In this document: positions 25,418-33,168 of the stretch, one piece after another
Position numbering within the stretch: the stretch's first letter is position 1
Layout of the letters: the number at the start of each line of letters is the position of its first letter
Assembly (NCBI GenBank): GCA_050693875.1
Contig: JBOGWP010000131.1
Span: forward strand, 1 to 62,325
DNA from: Actinomycetota bacterium
GTDB taxonomy: Bacteria; Actinomycetota; CADDZG01; JAHWKV01; JBOGWP01
Length of the DNA: 62,325 bases
Direction of reading: 5' to 3'
Notes under the pieces: model-generated
Told to the model about the DNA's origin: nothing
Database searches by the model: none
What the model saw: the letters and a program-made list of their open reading frames with translations, nothing else
Translations under genes and position numbers: made by a program

Positions 25418-26304
25418 AGCTCGACAGGTACCTGGCCGAGGAAGTGGCCGTCGACCACGCCGACGGCGATATAACGCGGCGTGAGGCCTTGCGACGGCTG
25501 GCCCTGCTCGGCCTTGGGCCCGCGGCGGCGGTGAACCTGCTGGCGGCATACGCCCGGGACGGAACCCCGGATCAGGCTTCCTCGCCCTCTCCCGTCCCGA
25601 CCGGGTCCGCCGAGGCGCTTCCGACCCAGCCCGTCACCTTCCCCGGTGAGCGCGGGTCGCTCATGGGCGCCTGGGCGGACGCGCCGGACCCGAAGGGTGC
25701 CGTGCTCGTCATCCACGAGAACCGCGGGCTGACCGATCCCATCCGCTCCGTCGCCGGGCGTTTTGCAGCCGCCGGCTACGCGGCGCTCGCCATCGATCTC
25801 CTCTCCGAGGAGGGAGGGTCGGAGGCGCTCGGCGACCCGGCTGCCGCGACCGGGGCGCTCGGACGCGTGGCGTCGGAGAACCCGGAGCGCTTCGTGAGCG
25901 ACATGAAGGCGGGGCTGCGCGAGCTGGAGCGCCGGGTGCCCGGCCGCCAGCTCGCCGCGGTCGGGTTCTGCTTCGGCGGGGGGATGGTCTGGCGGCTGCT
26001 CGCCTCGGGTGAGCCCCGACTCGCAGCGGCCGTTCCCTTCTACGGACCCGCGCCGGAGGACGCCGACTTCTCAGGCTCGAGGGCTGCGGTGCTTGCGATC
26101 TACGGCGAGCTCGACGCCCGGGTGAACGCCACCCGCGAGGGTGCGATCGCCGCTCTGGATCGGGCCGGCCTTCCCCACGAGGCGAAGACCTATGCCGGCG
26201 CCGACCACGCCTTCTTCAACGACACCAGCCCGCGCTACCACGCCGAGGCGGCGAGCCAGGCGTGGCAGGCCGTGCTGGGCTGGTTCGCCCGCCACCTCGC
26301 CTAG
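25414..26304 (+). CDS. dienelactone hydrolase family protein with a Tat-like N-terminal signal
   Basis: GTGA overlap with the methyltransferase stop. Contains RREALRRLALLGLGPAAAV, and the DLH core (VIHENRGL, nucleophile elbow GFCFGGG, ADHAF). Confidence 0.85.
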   Translation: MKLDRYLAEEVAVDHADGDITRREALRRLALLGLGPAAAVNLLAAYARDGTPDQASSPSPVPTGSAEALPTQPVTFPGERGSLMGAWADAPDPKGAVLVIHENRGLTDPIRSVAGRFAAAGYAALAIDLLSEEGGSEALGDPAAATGALGRVASENPERFVSDMKAGLRELERRVPGRQLAAVGFCFGGGMVWRLLASGEPRLAAAVPFYGPAPEDADFSGSRAAVLAIYGELDARVNATREGAIAALDRAGLPHEAKTYAGADHAFFNDTSPRYHAEAASQAWQAVLGWFARHLA

Positions 26305-26392
26305 CGGAAGCCACCGCCTCGGTCACACTCAAGACCCCCCAGGCGTCTGTGACTGTGCCGGGCCGGATCCGCCGGCCCACCGCCGAAGGGAG

Positions 26393-26835
26393 ATACCGAC
26401 GTCCGAGGCAAACAAAGCGCTGGTCGCCGCCTACCTCCGTGAGGTGGTGAGCAGAGGGAGGGCCGAGGGGCTGACGAGCTGATCGCCGAGGACATCGTCG
26501 TCAGGAGCCCCTACACGCCGGGGGAGCCGGTGCGCGATCGAGAGGCCTTCAAGCAGATGATCGCCGGGATTCACGCCGCGTTTCCGGACTTCCATCTCGA
26601 CGAGGACGCCGTCGGGGGGGAGGACGACCTGGTGGCAAGCCGGTGGATCGCAGGCGGGACCCACATGGGGGAGGCCTTCGCGGGCCTGACCGCAACCGGC
26701 CGGGCCTTCCGGATCAGTGGCATGGGCATCTACCGGGTGCGCGATGGCAAGATCGTGGAGGGATGGGTGAACGACGACACCCTCGGAATGGCGAGCCAGC
26801 TCGGGATGGTCCGTCCGGCGGTGCCGGTGGGATGA
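26393..26835 (+). pseudogene. SnoaL-like ester cyclase, disrupted (ATA at the expected start plus one frameshift)
   Basis: The N-terminal piece (I)PTSEANKALVAAYLREVVSRGRAEGL stops at TGA 26480-26482. The rest, (D)ELIAEDIVVRSP...EAFKQMIAGIHAAFPDFHL...IYRVRDGKIVEGWVNDDTLGM, continues in the -1 frame. One missing base near 26471-26474 would restore the frame. Confidence 0.6.
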
Positions 26836-27618
26836 ACGCGGAGCCCGCCGTGCTCGAGAATCTGAATCTCGCGGCACGGGCCTTTGAGGGCGATCCTCGG
26901 GCCGGCGAGGACCTCATCCGGGCAACGAGGGACGACGTCTACAACCTCGCCATGCGCATGCTGGGCCACCCCGCCGATGCCGAGGACGCCACGCAGGAGA
27001 TCCTCGTCAAGGTCGTGACCCGGCTGGGGTCCTTCCGGGGCGGGAGCGGTCTCAGGACCTGGGTGTGGAGGGTCGCCGCCGATCACCTGCTCTCGGCGAA
27101 GCGTGGGCGAGGGGAGCCGGAGCACGTCAGCTTCGAGGGATGGAGATCGACGGATCCTGGAGGAAGAGGTCAAGCTCGGCTGCACGCAGATGATGCTGGC
27201 ATGCCTCGACCGGGAGCAGCGCCTGGTCTTCATCCTCGACGACATATCGACCTCACCGGCGAGGAAGGGGGCCGGGTGCTCGGGATCGAGCCGGCAGCCT
27301 TCCGGAAGCGGCTCTCGAGGGCAAGGGGGCGGATGCGAACGTTCATGGAGCGAACCTGCGGCCTGGTCTCCGAAGAGGCGGGCTGCCGGTGTGCCCTCCA
27401 GATCGGTCGGTCCGTGCACTCCGGACTGCTCGACCGGGCCGGCTCGTCTACACCGCCCATCCGGTCCGCGCGCTGAGCGACCCGCGGCTGCGCAAGCAGT
27501 ACGCCCCCATCGAGGGGGCCCATCGCTCCACGGCGTCTTCCGGAGCCACCCGGAGTATGCCGCCCCCGAGGGACTGCTCGAACGGCTCCGCGCGATGATC
27601 GCCGGGATTCCCCAGTAG
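26832..27618 (+). pseudogene. ECF-type sigma-70 factor, disrupted by about four frameshifts
   Basis: ATGA overlap with the cyclase stop. Region 2 (DAEDATQEILVKVVTRLGSF..LRTWVWRVA) is in frame a. EEEVKLGCTQMMLACLDREQRLVFILDDI is in frame b. DLTGEEGGRVLGIEPAAFRKRLSRARGRMRTFMERTCGL is back in frame a. LVYTAHPVRALSDPRLRKQY is in frame c. GVFRSHPEYAAPEGLLERLRAMI is in frame b. A gene caller would report 26832..27476 as an intact ORF. Confidence 0.6.
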
Positions 27619-27750
27619 GGGCGGTGGTGGGCTCGGCGGTCGCGGCAGCCGCTGTCGGCCCGGAGCGCCCGATCATGCCGCACCTCCCCACTCGCCCAAG
27701 TCGCCTTGGAGCGCCCGTCGACAGGCTTCCCCCGGGTATCATCCCGACCC

Positions 27751-29025
27751 GTGGACCGCTACGTCATCGATGGGGGCAGGCGTCTCGCGGGTGAGGTCCG
27801 GATCTCGGGAGCCAAGAACTCTGCCCTGAAGCTGATGGCGGCCTCGCTGCTGGCGCGAGGCGCGACCGTGCTGTTCAACATCCCGCGCATCGCCGACGTC
27901 TTCACGATGGCGGACGTGCTGCGACGCCTCGGCGCGTCCGTGGAGTTCGAGGACGAGGCGGTCACGATCGACGCCTCGGGCGAGCTCGGCTCCGAAGCAC
28001 CCTACGACCTCGTCCGGCGCATGCGCGCCTCGATCAACGTACTCGGTCCGCTGCTCGCTCGGCAGGGGCATGCCCGCGTGGCGATGCCGGGCGGGTGCAA
28101 CATCGGCAACCGCAGCGTCGACCTGCACGAGCGGGGCCTGGAGCAGCTCGGCGTCTCGTTCCACTTCGAGCATGGGTACCTCGAGGGTGTCTGCTCCCGG
28201 CCGGCCGGCGCGCGCATCGTGCTCCCGTTCCCAAGCCGTGGGGCGACCGAGAACATCCTCACGGCCGCCGTGCGAGCTCGGGGGAAGACGGTGATCGAGA
28301 ACGCCGCCCGCGAGCCGGACCTCGAAGACCTTGCGAGCTTCCTGAACCAGATGGGCGCGAGGGTTCACGGGGCGGGCACCGCGACGATTGAGATCGAGGG
28401 CGTCGACGATCTGGTGCCGACGGTCTACCGGGCACGCTCCGACCCGATCGAAGCGGGGACGTACGCCCTCGCGGTCCTTGCCAGCGGGGGGGAGGCCGAG
28501 CTGGTCGGAGCGGCGCACGCCGAGATGGAGATCTTTCTCGACCGGATCACCCGAAGCGGGGCTCACTGGACCGCGACCTCGCGGGGGCTGGCGGTTCGAG
28601 CCGCCGACCGGCCGGTGGCCGTGGACGTGGCCACCCTGCCGTATCCGGGGTTCCCGACCGATCTGCAGGCGCCGATGATGGCCTACCTTGCGTGCGCCGA
28701 GGGCACCAGCATCGTCACTGAGAACGTCTTCGAGGCTCGTTTTCTCCACGTGGCAGAGTTGGTCCGCATGGGGGCGAACATTCACGTCGAGGGCCATCAC
28801 GCGGTCGTCCGCGGCGTCCCCCGGCTCGAGGGGGCGCCGGTGACGGCGCACGACCTTCGCGGCGGGGCCGCCCTCCTGGTGGCGGCGGCCGGTGCCGAGG
28901 GGCGGAGCGAGATCCTCGACATCCACCATGTCGAGCGGGGGTACGAAGACCCGATCGGCAAGCTTCGATCGCTGGGCGCGTGGGTGGGGCGCGTGGAGCG
29001 GGCAGGGGTCCAACCGGCGGGGTAG
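27751..29025 (+). CDS. murA: UDP-N-acetylglucosamine 1-carboxyvinyltransferase
   Basis: ISGAKNSALKLMAASLL and the active-site loop MPGGCNIGNRSVDLH. Full-length MurA. GTG 27751 is preferred over TTG 27706. Confidence 0.93.
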   Translation: MDRYVIDGGRRLAGEVRISGAKNSALKLMAASLLARGATVLFNIPRIADVFTMADVLRRLGASVEFEDEAVTIDASGELGSEAPYDLVRRMRASINVLGPLLARQGHARVAMPGGCNIGNRSVDLHERGLEQLGVSFHFEHGYLEGVCSRPAGARIVLPFPSRGATENILTAAVRARGKTVIENAAREPDLEDLASFLNQMGARVHGAGTATIEIEGVDDLVPTVYRARSDPIEAGTYALAVLASGGEAELVGAAHAEMEIFLDRITRSGAHWTATSRGLAVRAADRPVAVDVATLPYPGFPTDLQAPMMAYLACAEGTSIVTENVFEARFLHVAELVRMGANIHVEGHHAVVRGVPRLEGAPVTAHDLRGGAALLVAAAGAEGRSEILDIHHVERGYEDPIGKLRSLGAWVGRVERAGVQPAG

Positions 29026-29097
29026 TCGCCTCCGACAAACTCTTCTCGCATCCACCGCCGCATTTGGCGGTATTCGCGCGGAGAGCCCAGAGCCGAC

Positions 29098-29147
29098 GGA
29101 GGCCGCCCCTTGCCTTTCTGGCCTGTACCGGGGAGCGAAGCGACCCG
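29098..29147. repeat. copy of a dispersed intergenic element of about 50 nt (partner at 45901-45950, inverted)
   Basis: CCTGTACCGGGGAGCGAAGCGACCCG (29122-29147) is identical to the reverse complement of 45901-45926. The flanking roughly 22 nt are about 75-80% identical. Confidence 0.8.
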
Positions 29148-30074
29148 CTAGACCGAGATCCCGAACAGGGTGCTTACCAGGCGGCCGACGCCGTAGCTCA
29201 ACACCGCCACCGCCATGAACAGCCCGAGCATCTGGAGGAAGCGCTTACGGAACGAGGCGCCGAGCAGGACCGCGGAGTAGTAGGAGAAACCGGCGACGAT
29301 CGCCAGCCCCACCAGCCAGGTGAGCGCGAGCGCGGGGCCGGGCCGGGAGACGACGAAGAAGGGAGCGACGAGCCCGGCCACGACCAGGATGTAGGCGACG
29401 CCGGTGTACAAGGCGGCCTTCGTCGGCTTCAGGCCCTTGCTGTCGTTGCGGGCGACGTCCTCTGAGAGGAAGTTCGACGCCGCCATCGAGAGCGAGGCGG
29501 CGAAGCCGACCATCAGGGCGGCGAACCCGATCACGCGGGCATTCGAGAAGGTCGAGACCATGCCGGTCAGGCCCCCGGTCAGCTCGATGAGCGCGTCGTT
29601 GAGTCCGAGCACTGCCGCTCCGAGGTAGGCGACTCGCTCGTCGCCGACCCGCTGCTCCATCTCCCGCTCATGCTCCTCCTCCTCCTTGAGGATCTCGCGG
29701 AGCTCCTCCGAGCGGCCGCTGTCCAGGCGGCCCTCGTCGAGGATCTGGCGGTACCTGGCAATGGTCGCCTCCTCGCCCCGCTCGAGCCGGCGGATCGTGA
29801 AGGCGAGTCCGAGGACGCGCGATGCCAGGAGCGCGATCGTCAGTCGGAGCCGGTTGGGGTGCAGCCGATCGGCCGTGTGTCCCGATGCGTCGATCCAGAA
29901 CTGCGCGTGTCGCCGCTCCTGGGCTGCGAGCGACTCGAGCAGCCGCCGGTTGGTCCCGTCGCGCTCGCGCCTGGCCAGCGCCGCGTAGAGCTCGGTGTCG
30001 AACAGCTCGTCCTTCGCCTGCTCCAGGAAGAAGTCGGCGGAGGAAGTGGTCACGCTCACCCCCTCCATTATCAT
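29148..30074 (-). CDS. VIT1/CCC1-family iron/manganese transporter with an N-terminal ferritin-like domain
   Basis: N-terminal ferritin-like/rubrerythrin-type helices (ELYAALARRE...QERRHAQFW...EEEEHEREM) followed by VIT1 TM helices (YLGAAVLGLNDALIELTGG). Confidence 0.85.
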   Translation of the reverse strand: MIMEGVSVTTSSADFFLEQAKDELFDTELYAALARRERDGTNRRLLESLAAQERRHAQFWIDASGHTADRLHPNRLRLTIALLASRVLGLAFTIRRLERGEEATIARYRQILDEGRLDSGRSEELREILKEEEEHEREMEQRVGDERVAYLGAAVLGLNDALIELTGGLTGMVSTFSNARVIGFAALMVGFAASLSMAASNFLSEDVARNDSKGLKPTKAALYTGVAYILVVAGLVAPFFVVSRPGPALALTWLVGLAIVAGFSYYSAVLLGASFRKRFLQMLGLFMAVAVLSYGVGRLVSTLFGISV

Positions 30075-30090
30075 TATCGGAGGACTGGAG

Positions 30091-31341
30091 TCACGGTGGG
30101 GGAAGCAGTCCGGGGAGGTTGAGGATCCCCGGCTGCGTCGGCGACGGCTCCGGCGTCGGTTCCGGAGCGGATGCAGGCGGAGACTCCGTCGGAGGGGCCG
30201 TCTCGCCGCCGCCTGCTTCGGCCCCCTGGGGCGGCGGAGGACCGACCGAGCCGTAGTTGCCGTTCACGACCGCGTCGGCGGCGACGTCGCGGAAGAGGTC
30301 GTAGGCGTGCTGGTTGAGGAGCACGACGCTCGCCCTGCCCGCCCTCCCGCTACCGCCCGGGGCGACCACGTTCGTCACGTTCGAGTCGGCAGTCACCCTG
30401 GCCAGCACGCCGAGGCGGAGGAGGTCGCTGAAGGGCATGTTGACCCGGGTGTAGCGGACCAGGATCTGCAGCCAGCGCTCCACATCGGCGCGGTTCCCGG
30501 TCTCGGCGCGCAGCTTCTTCAGCACGTCGAGCATGAGCCGTCCCTGGTTCTCGGAACGGCCGAAGTCTCCTCCGGGGATGTGGCGGTTGCGGCTGAAGGC
30601 GAGCGCCTTCTCGCCGTCCATCGCGTGCCATCCCTTCTGGAAGAAGGCGCCGGAGTTGGGGTCGTTCATGTCGTAGGGAACGTAGGCGTCGACACCCCCG
30701 AGGTCGCTGACGATCGCCCGGGCTCCCTCGAACGCGGTGAGGAGGTAGTAGGTGATGGGCATGCCGGTCAGATCCCGCACCGTGCGCACCGCGAGCTCCG
30801 GCCCGCCGAGCGACATGGCCTCGTTGATCTTGCGCTTGCCGTGGCCCGGAATGTCCACGTAGGAGTCTCGGGGGATGCCGACGACCGTCCCCCGGCGCGC
30901 CTTCGGGTCGAGCGCGAGGACGTGGATGGAATCGGAGCGGGCGTTCGACGGGTTCCCGCCCCGGGCGTCGCTTCCGAGGATGAGCACGAACTGCAGCCCA
31001 GCGGAGTCATCGACGGCGTCGGTGAACGGCCTGGCGGGGCCCGGAGGTCGGCCGTTCGGTGGCCAGAGACCTTGGACCCGCGGCCCCCCGGAGAACCTCG
31101 GGATGCCCCCGCCACCGACTGCGACGCCTTCCACCGTGTCGGCCACCGGCGGCGGCTCGCGGTGCTGGGGAGCGTCGTCGACGACCCGGAGGACCGGCGG
31201 CTCGAGCGGCACCTTGCCGACCACGACCATGGGGTTCGGATTGACCCGGATCCACGCCATCGTGGCGCCGATGCCGGCCAACACGACGACGGCCGCGGCA
31301 AGGCCGCCCCACACGAGCCACCGACGCCCCCGCCCGTCCAT
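30091..31341 (-). CDS. LytR-CpsA-Psr (LCP) family cell-envelope phosphotransferase
   Basis: N-terminal TM anchor and the LCP core (LILGSDARG, RSDSIHVLALD, IPRDSYVDIPGHGKRKINEA, FSRNRH). The C-terminal tail is Pro/Thr-rich. Confidence 0.88.
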   Translation of the reverse strand: MDGRGRRWLVWGGLAAAVVVLAGIGATMAWIRVNPNPMVVVGKVPLEPPVLRVVDDAPQHREPPPVADTVEGVAVGGGGIPRFSGGPRVQGLWPPNGRPPGPARPFTDAVDDSAGLQFVLILGSDARGGNPSNARSDSIHVLALDPKARRGTVVGIPRDSYVDIPGHGKRKINEAMSLGGPELAVRTVRDLTGMPITYYLLTAFEGARAIVSDLGGVDAYVPYDMNDPNSGAFFQKGWHAMDGEKALAFSRNRHIPGGDFGRSENQGRLMLDVLKKLRAETGNRADVERWLQILVRYTRVNMPFSDLLRLGVLARVTADSNVTNVVAPGGSGRAGRASVVLLNQHAYDLFRDVAADAVVNGNYGSVGPPPPQGAEAGGGETAPPTESPPASAPEPTPEPSPTQPGILNLPGLLPPP

Positions 31342-31377
31342 GCGTTGGCGTATTTTCCTCGCCTCCTCCGCCGGTTA

Positions 31378-31419
31378 CAAACGTTTGCATCTTGATCGGC
31401 CCCGCCCCGGGCGTAGGAT
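31378..31419 (+). promoter_or_regulatory. candidate promoter with an adjacent 10-bp palindrome in the LCP/SCP2 divergent spacer
   Basis: Perfect palindrome CAAACGTTTG (31378-31387), then TTGATC (31392-31397), a 16-nt spacer and TAGGAT (31414-31419), all upstream of ATG 31450. The region is an AT-rich island. Confidence 0.35.
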
Positions 31420-31449
31420 CGGGCACGGAGGGGGGCCGAGGAGGACGCC

Positions 31450-31875
31450 ATGCCGCTTTTCCCGAGCGAGGCGTGGTTCAGGGAGTACGGCGAGCAGGTG
31501 AACTCCTCGGGGGCCTATGCCGAGGCGGCTTCCGCCTGGGAGGGCGACGTCACCCTCGTGGTCAAGGCGCAACCGGATGCCGGGCTGTCACGGGACGTCT
31601 ATGCCTGGCTCGACCTGTGGCATGGGAAGTGCCGAGAGGTCCGCTACGACGTCGAGGCCGAGGAAGGGGAACGGGCGAAGTTCCTGATCCGTGCTCCCTA
31701 CAGGCGGTGGAAGCAGGTGATCCGCGGGGAGCTCGACCCGATCAAAGGGATGATGCAGGGCAAGCTCAAGCTGAAGGGGGACTTGTCCACGATCGTCCGT
31801 TTCATCAATGCCGCCCACGAGCTGGTCAACCTCGCCGGACGAGTCCCGACGCAGTTCGGCGACGAACTCCGCTGA
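31450..31875 (+). CDS. SCP2 sterol-carrier-like domain protein
   Basis: 141 aa ending in the SCP2-type ...GELDPIKGMMQGKLKLKGDLSTIVRF. Confidence 0.75.
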   Translation: MPLFPSEAWFREYGEQVNSSGAYAEAASAWEGDVTLVVKAQPDAGLSRDVYAWLDLWHGKCREVRYDVEAEEGERAKFLIRAPYRRWKQVIRGELDPIKGMMQGKLKLKGDLSTIVRFINAAHELVNLAGRVPTQFGDELR

Positions 31876-31921
31876 TGATTGTCCGCCCACCCGTCCGCGC
31901 ACCCGTCGCTGGGGGCTACAC

Positions 31922-32158
31922 TTGGATTTCGTGGAAGAGGCAGTTCGCCTGGCCTTGGAGGAGAGGATCCGTCCCGGGGTCCGGCGAGATGGCGGGGACA
32001 TCGAGCTGGTCGGGGTGGCCGACGGCGTCGTCACGATCCGGCTCTTTGGGGCGTGCGACGGCTGCCCGATGTCACCGGTCACCCTCCGGGCCGGGGTTGA
32101 GCGCATCCTCAGGGAGGCAGTTCCCGAGGTCCGAGGTGTGGTGGCGGTGGAGGCCTGA
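31922..32158 (+). CDS. NifU-like (Nfu C-terminal) Fe-S domain protein
   Basis: VEEAVRLALEERIRPGVRRDGGDIELVGVADGVVTIRLFGACDGCPMS with the CxxC motif. The start is TTG 31922 or GTG 31931. Confidence 0.75.
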   Translation: MDFVEEAVRLALEERIRPGVRRDGGDIELVGVADGVVTIRLFGACDGCPMSPVTLRAGVERILREAVPEVRGVVAVEA

Positions 32159-32268
32159 TCCCTCCTCCGTCCACGACGTCCGCTTCACGCTCCTCCAATC
32201 CCGCCGAGCCCGCAATCGCTGACCAGGCTTCGCACCCACTGGTCGATCGTGCGCTCGCGGGTGACCGC

Positions 32269-33168
32269 GTGGCCCTGGCCCGGCTCCTGTCGCTGGTCGA
32301 GGATGGAGACCCCGGCGTCCCCGAAGCGGTCCGCGCGCTCTTCCCGAACACCGGCGGGGCGTACGTCGTCGGGGTCACCGGGGCGCCGGGGGCCGGCAAG
32401 TCCACACTGACCGACGGGCTGATCGCCTGCATCCGCGCCCAGGGGAGGCGGGCCGGGGTGCTGGCCGTCGATCCCACGTCGCCCTTCAGCGGCGGCGCGC
32501 TCCTCGGCGACCGCGTGCGCATGCAGGCTCACGCCACCGATCCCGGCGTGTTCATCCGCTCGATGGCCTCGCGCGGGCACCTCGGCGGGCTCTCGCTGGC
32601 GACGCCCGATGCGATCCGAGTCCTCGACGCGGCCGGCTTCGACGTCGTGCTGGTCGAGACCGTCGGGGTCGGGCAGGGCGAGGTCGAGATCGCCGGCAGC
32701 GCCGACACCACCGTCGTGGTCGTGAACCCCGGCTGGGGCGACGCGGTGCAGACGTGGAAAGCCGGCCTGCTCGAGATCGCAGATGTCTTCGCGATCAACA
32801 AGGCCGATCGGCCGGGGCTGCGGGAGACCGTCCGCCAGCTGGAGCAAAGCATCGCCCTCGGACCCCACACGCCCTGGCGGCCTCCTCTGATCGAGACCGT
32901 CGCCACCGAAGGATCGGGTCTGGAGAGCCTGTGGGAGGCGATCGCGGCTCACCGGGCCCACCTGGAGCGCAGCGGCGAGCTCGGTACCCGGCGCAGGCGG
33001 CGCATTGCCCAGGAGATCGCCGGGCGATGCGCCGCCTCGCTTCGCCGGCGCGTCGAGCTCGAGGGGCAGGACACGCTCGAGTCGCTGGCCGAGCGGGTTG
33101 CCGCCCGGGAGCTCGATCCGCGGGAGGCAGGGCGAAGGCTGCTGGCTACACTGGGTTATGAACCCTGA
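32269..33168 (+). CDS. meaB: acyl-CoA mutase-associated G-protein chaperone (MeaB/ArgK family)
   Basis: P-loop GVTGAPGAGKST, VETVGVGQ and NKAD. Conserved N-terminal residues (LVDRALAGDR) continue upstream of the first canonical start codon. Confidence 0.88.
   Translation: MALARLLSLVEDGDPGVPEAVRALFPNTGGAYVVGVTGAPGAGKSTLTDGLIACIRAQGRRAGVLAVDPTSPFSGGALLGDRVRMQAHATDPGVFIRSMASRGHLGGLSLATPDAIRVLDAAGFDVVLVETVGVGQGEVEIAGSADTTVVVVNPGWGDAVQTWKAGLLEIADVFAINKADRPGLRETVRQLEQSIALGPHTPWRPPLIETVATEGSGLESLWEAIAAHRAHLERSGELGTRRRRRIAQEIAGRCAASLRRRVELEGQDTLESLAERVAARELDPREAGRRLLATLGYEP

Noticed and set aside
26832-27618. Programmed ribosomal frameshifting in the ECF sigma gene.
   Set aside because: About four shifts in both directions would be needed, with no slippery heptamers. 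The neighbouring cyclase is also damaged. Decay or local sequence error explains this better.
24454-27750. The atpC-murA islet as a mobile genetic element or defence island.
   Set aside because: There is no integrase, transposase, flanking direct repeats, tRNA or restriction partner. The GC content is not visibly different from the surrounding DNA. I treat it as a variable chromosomal stretch only.
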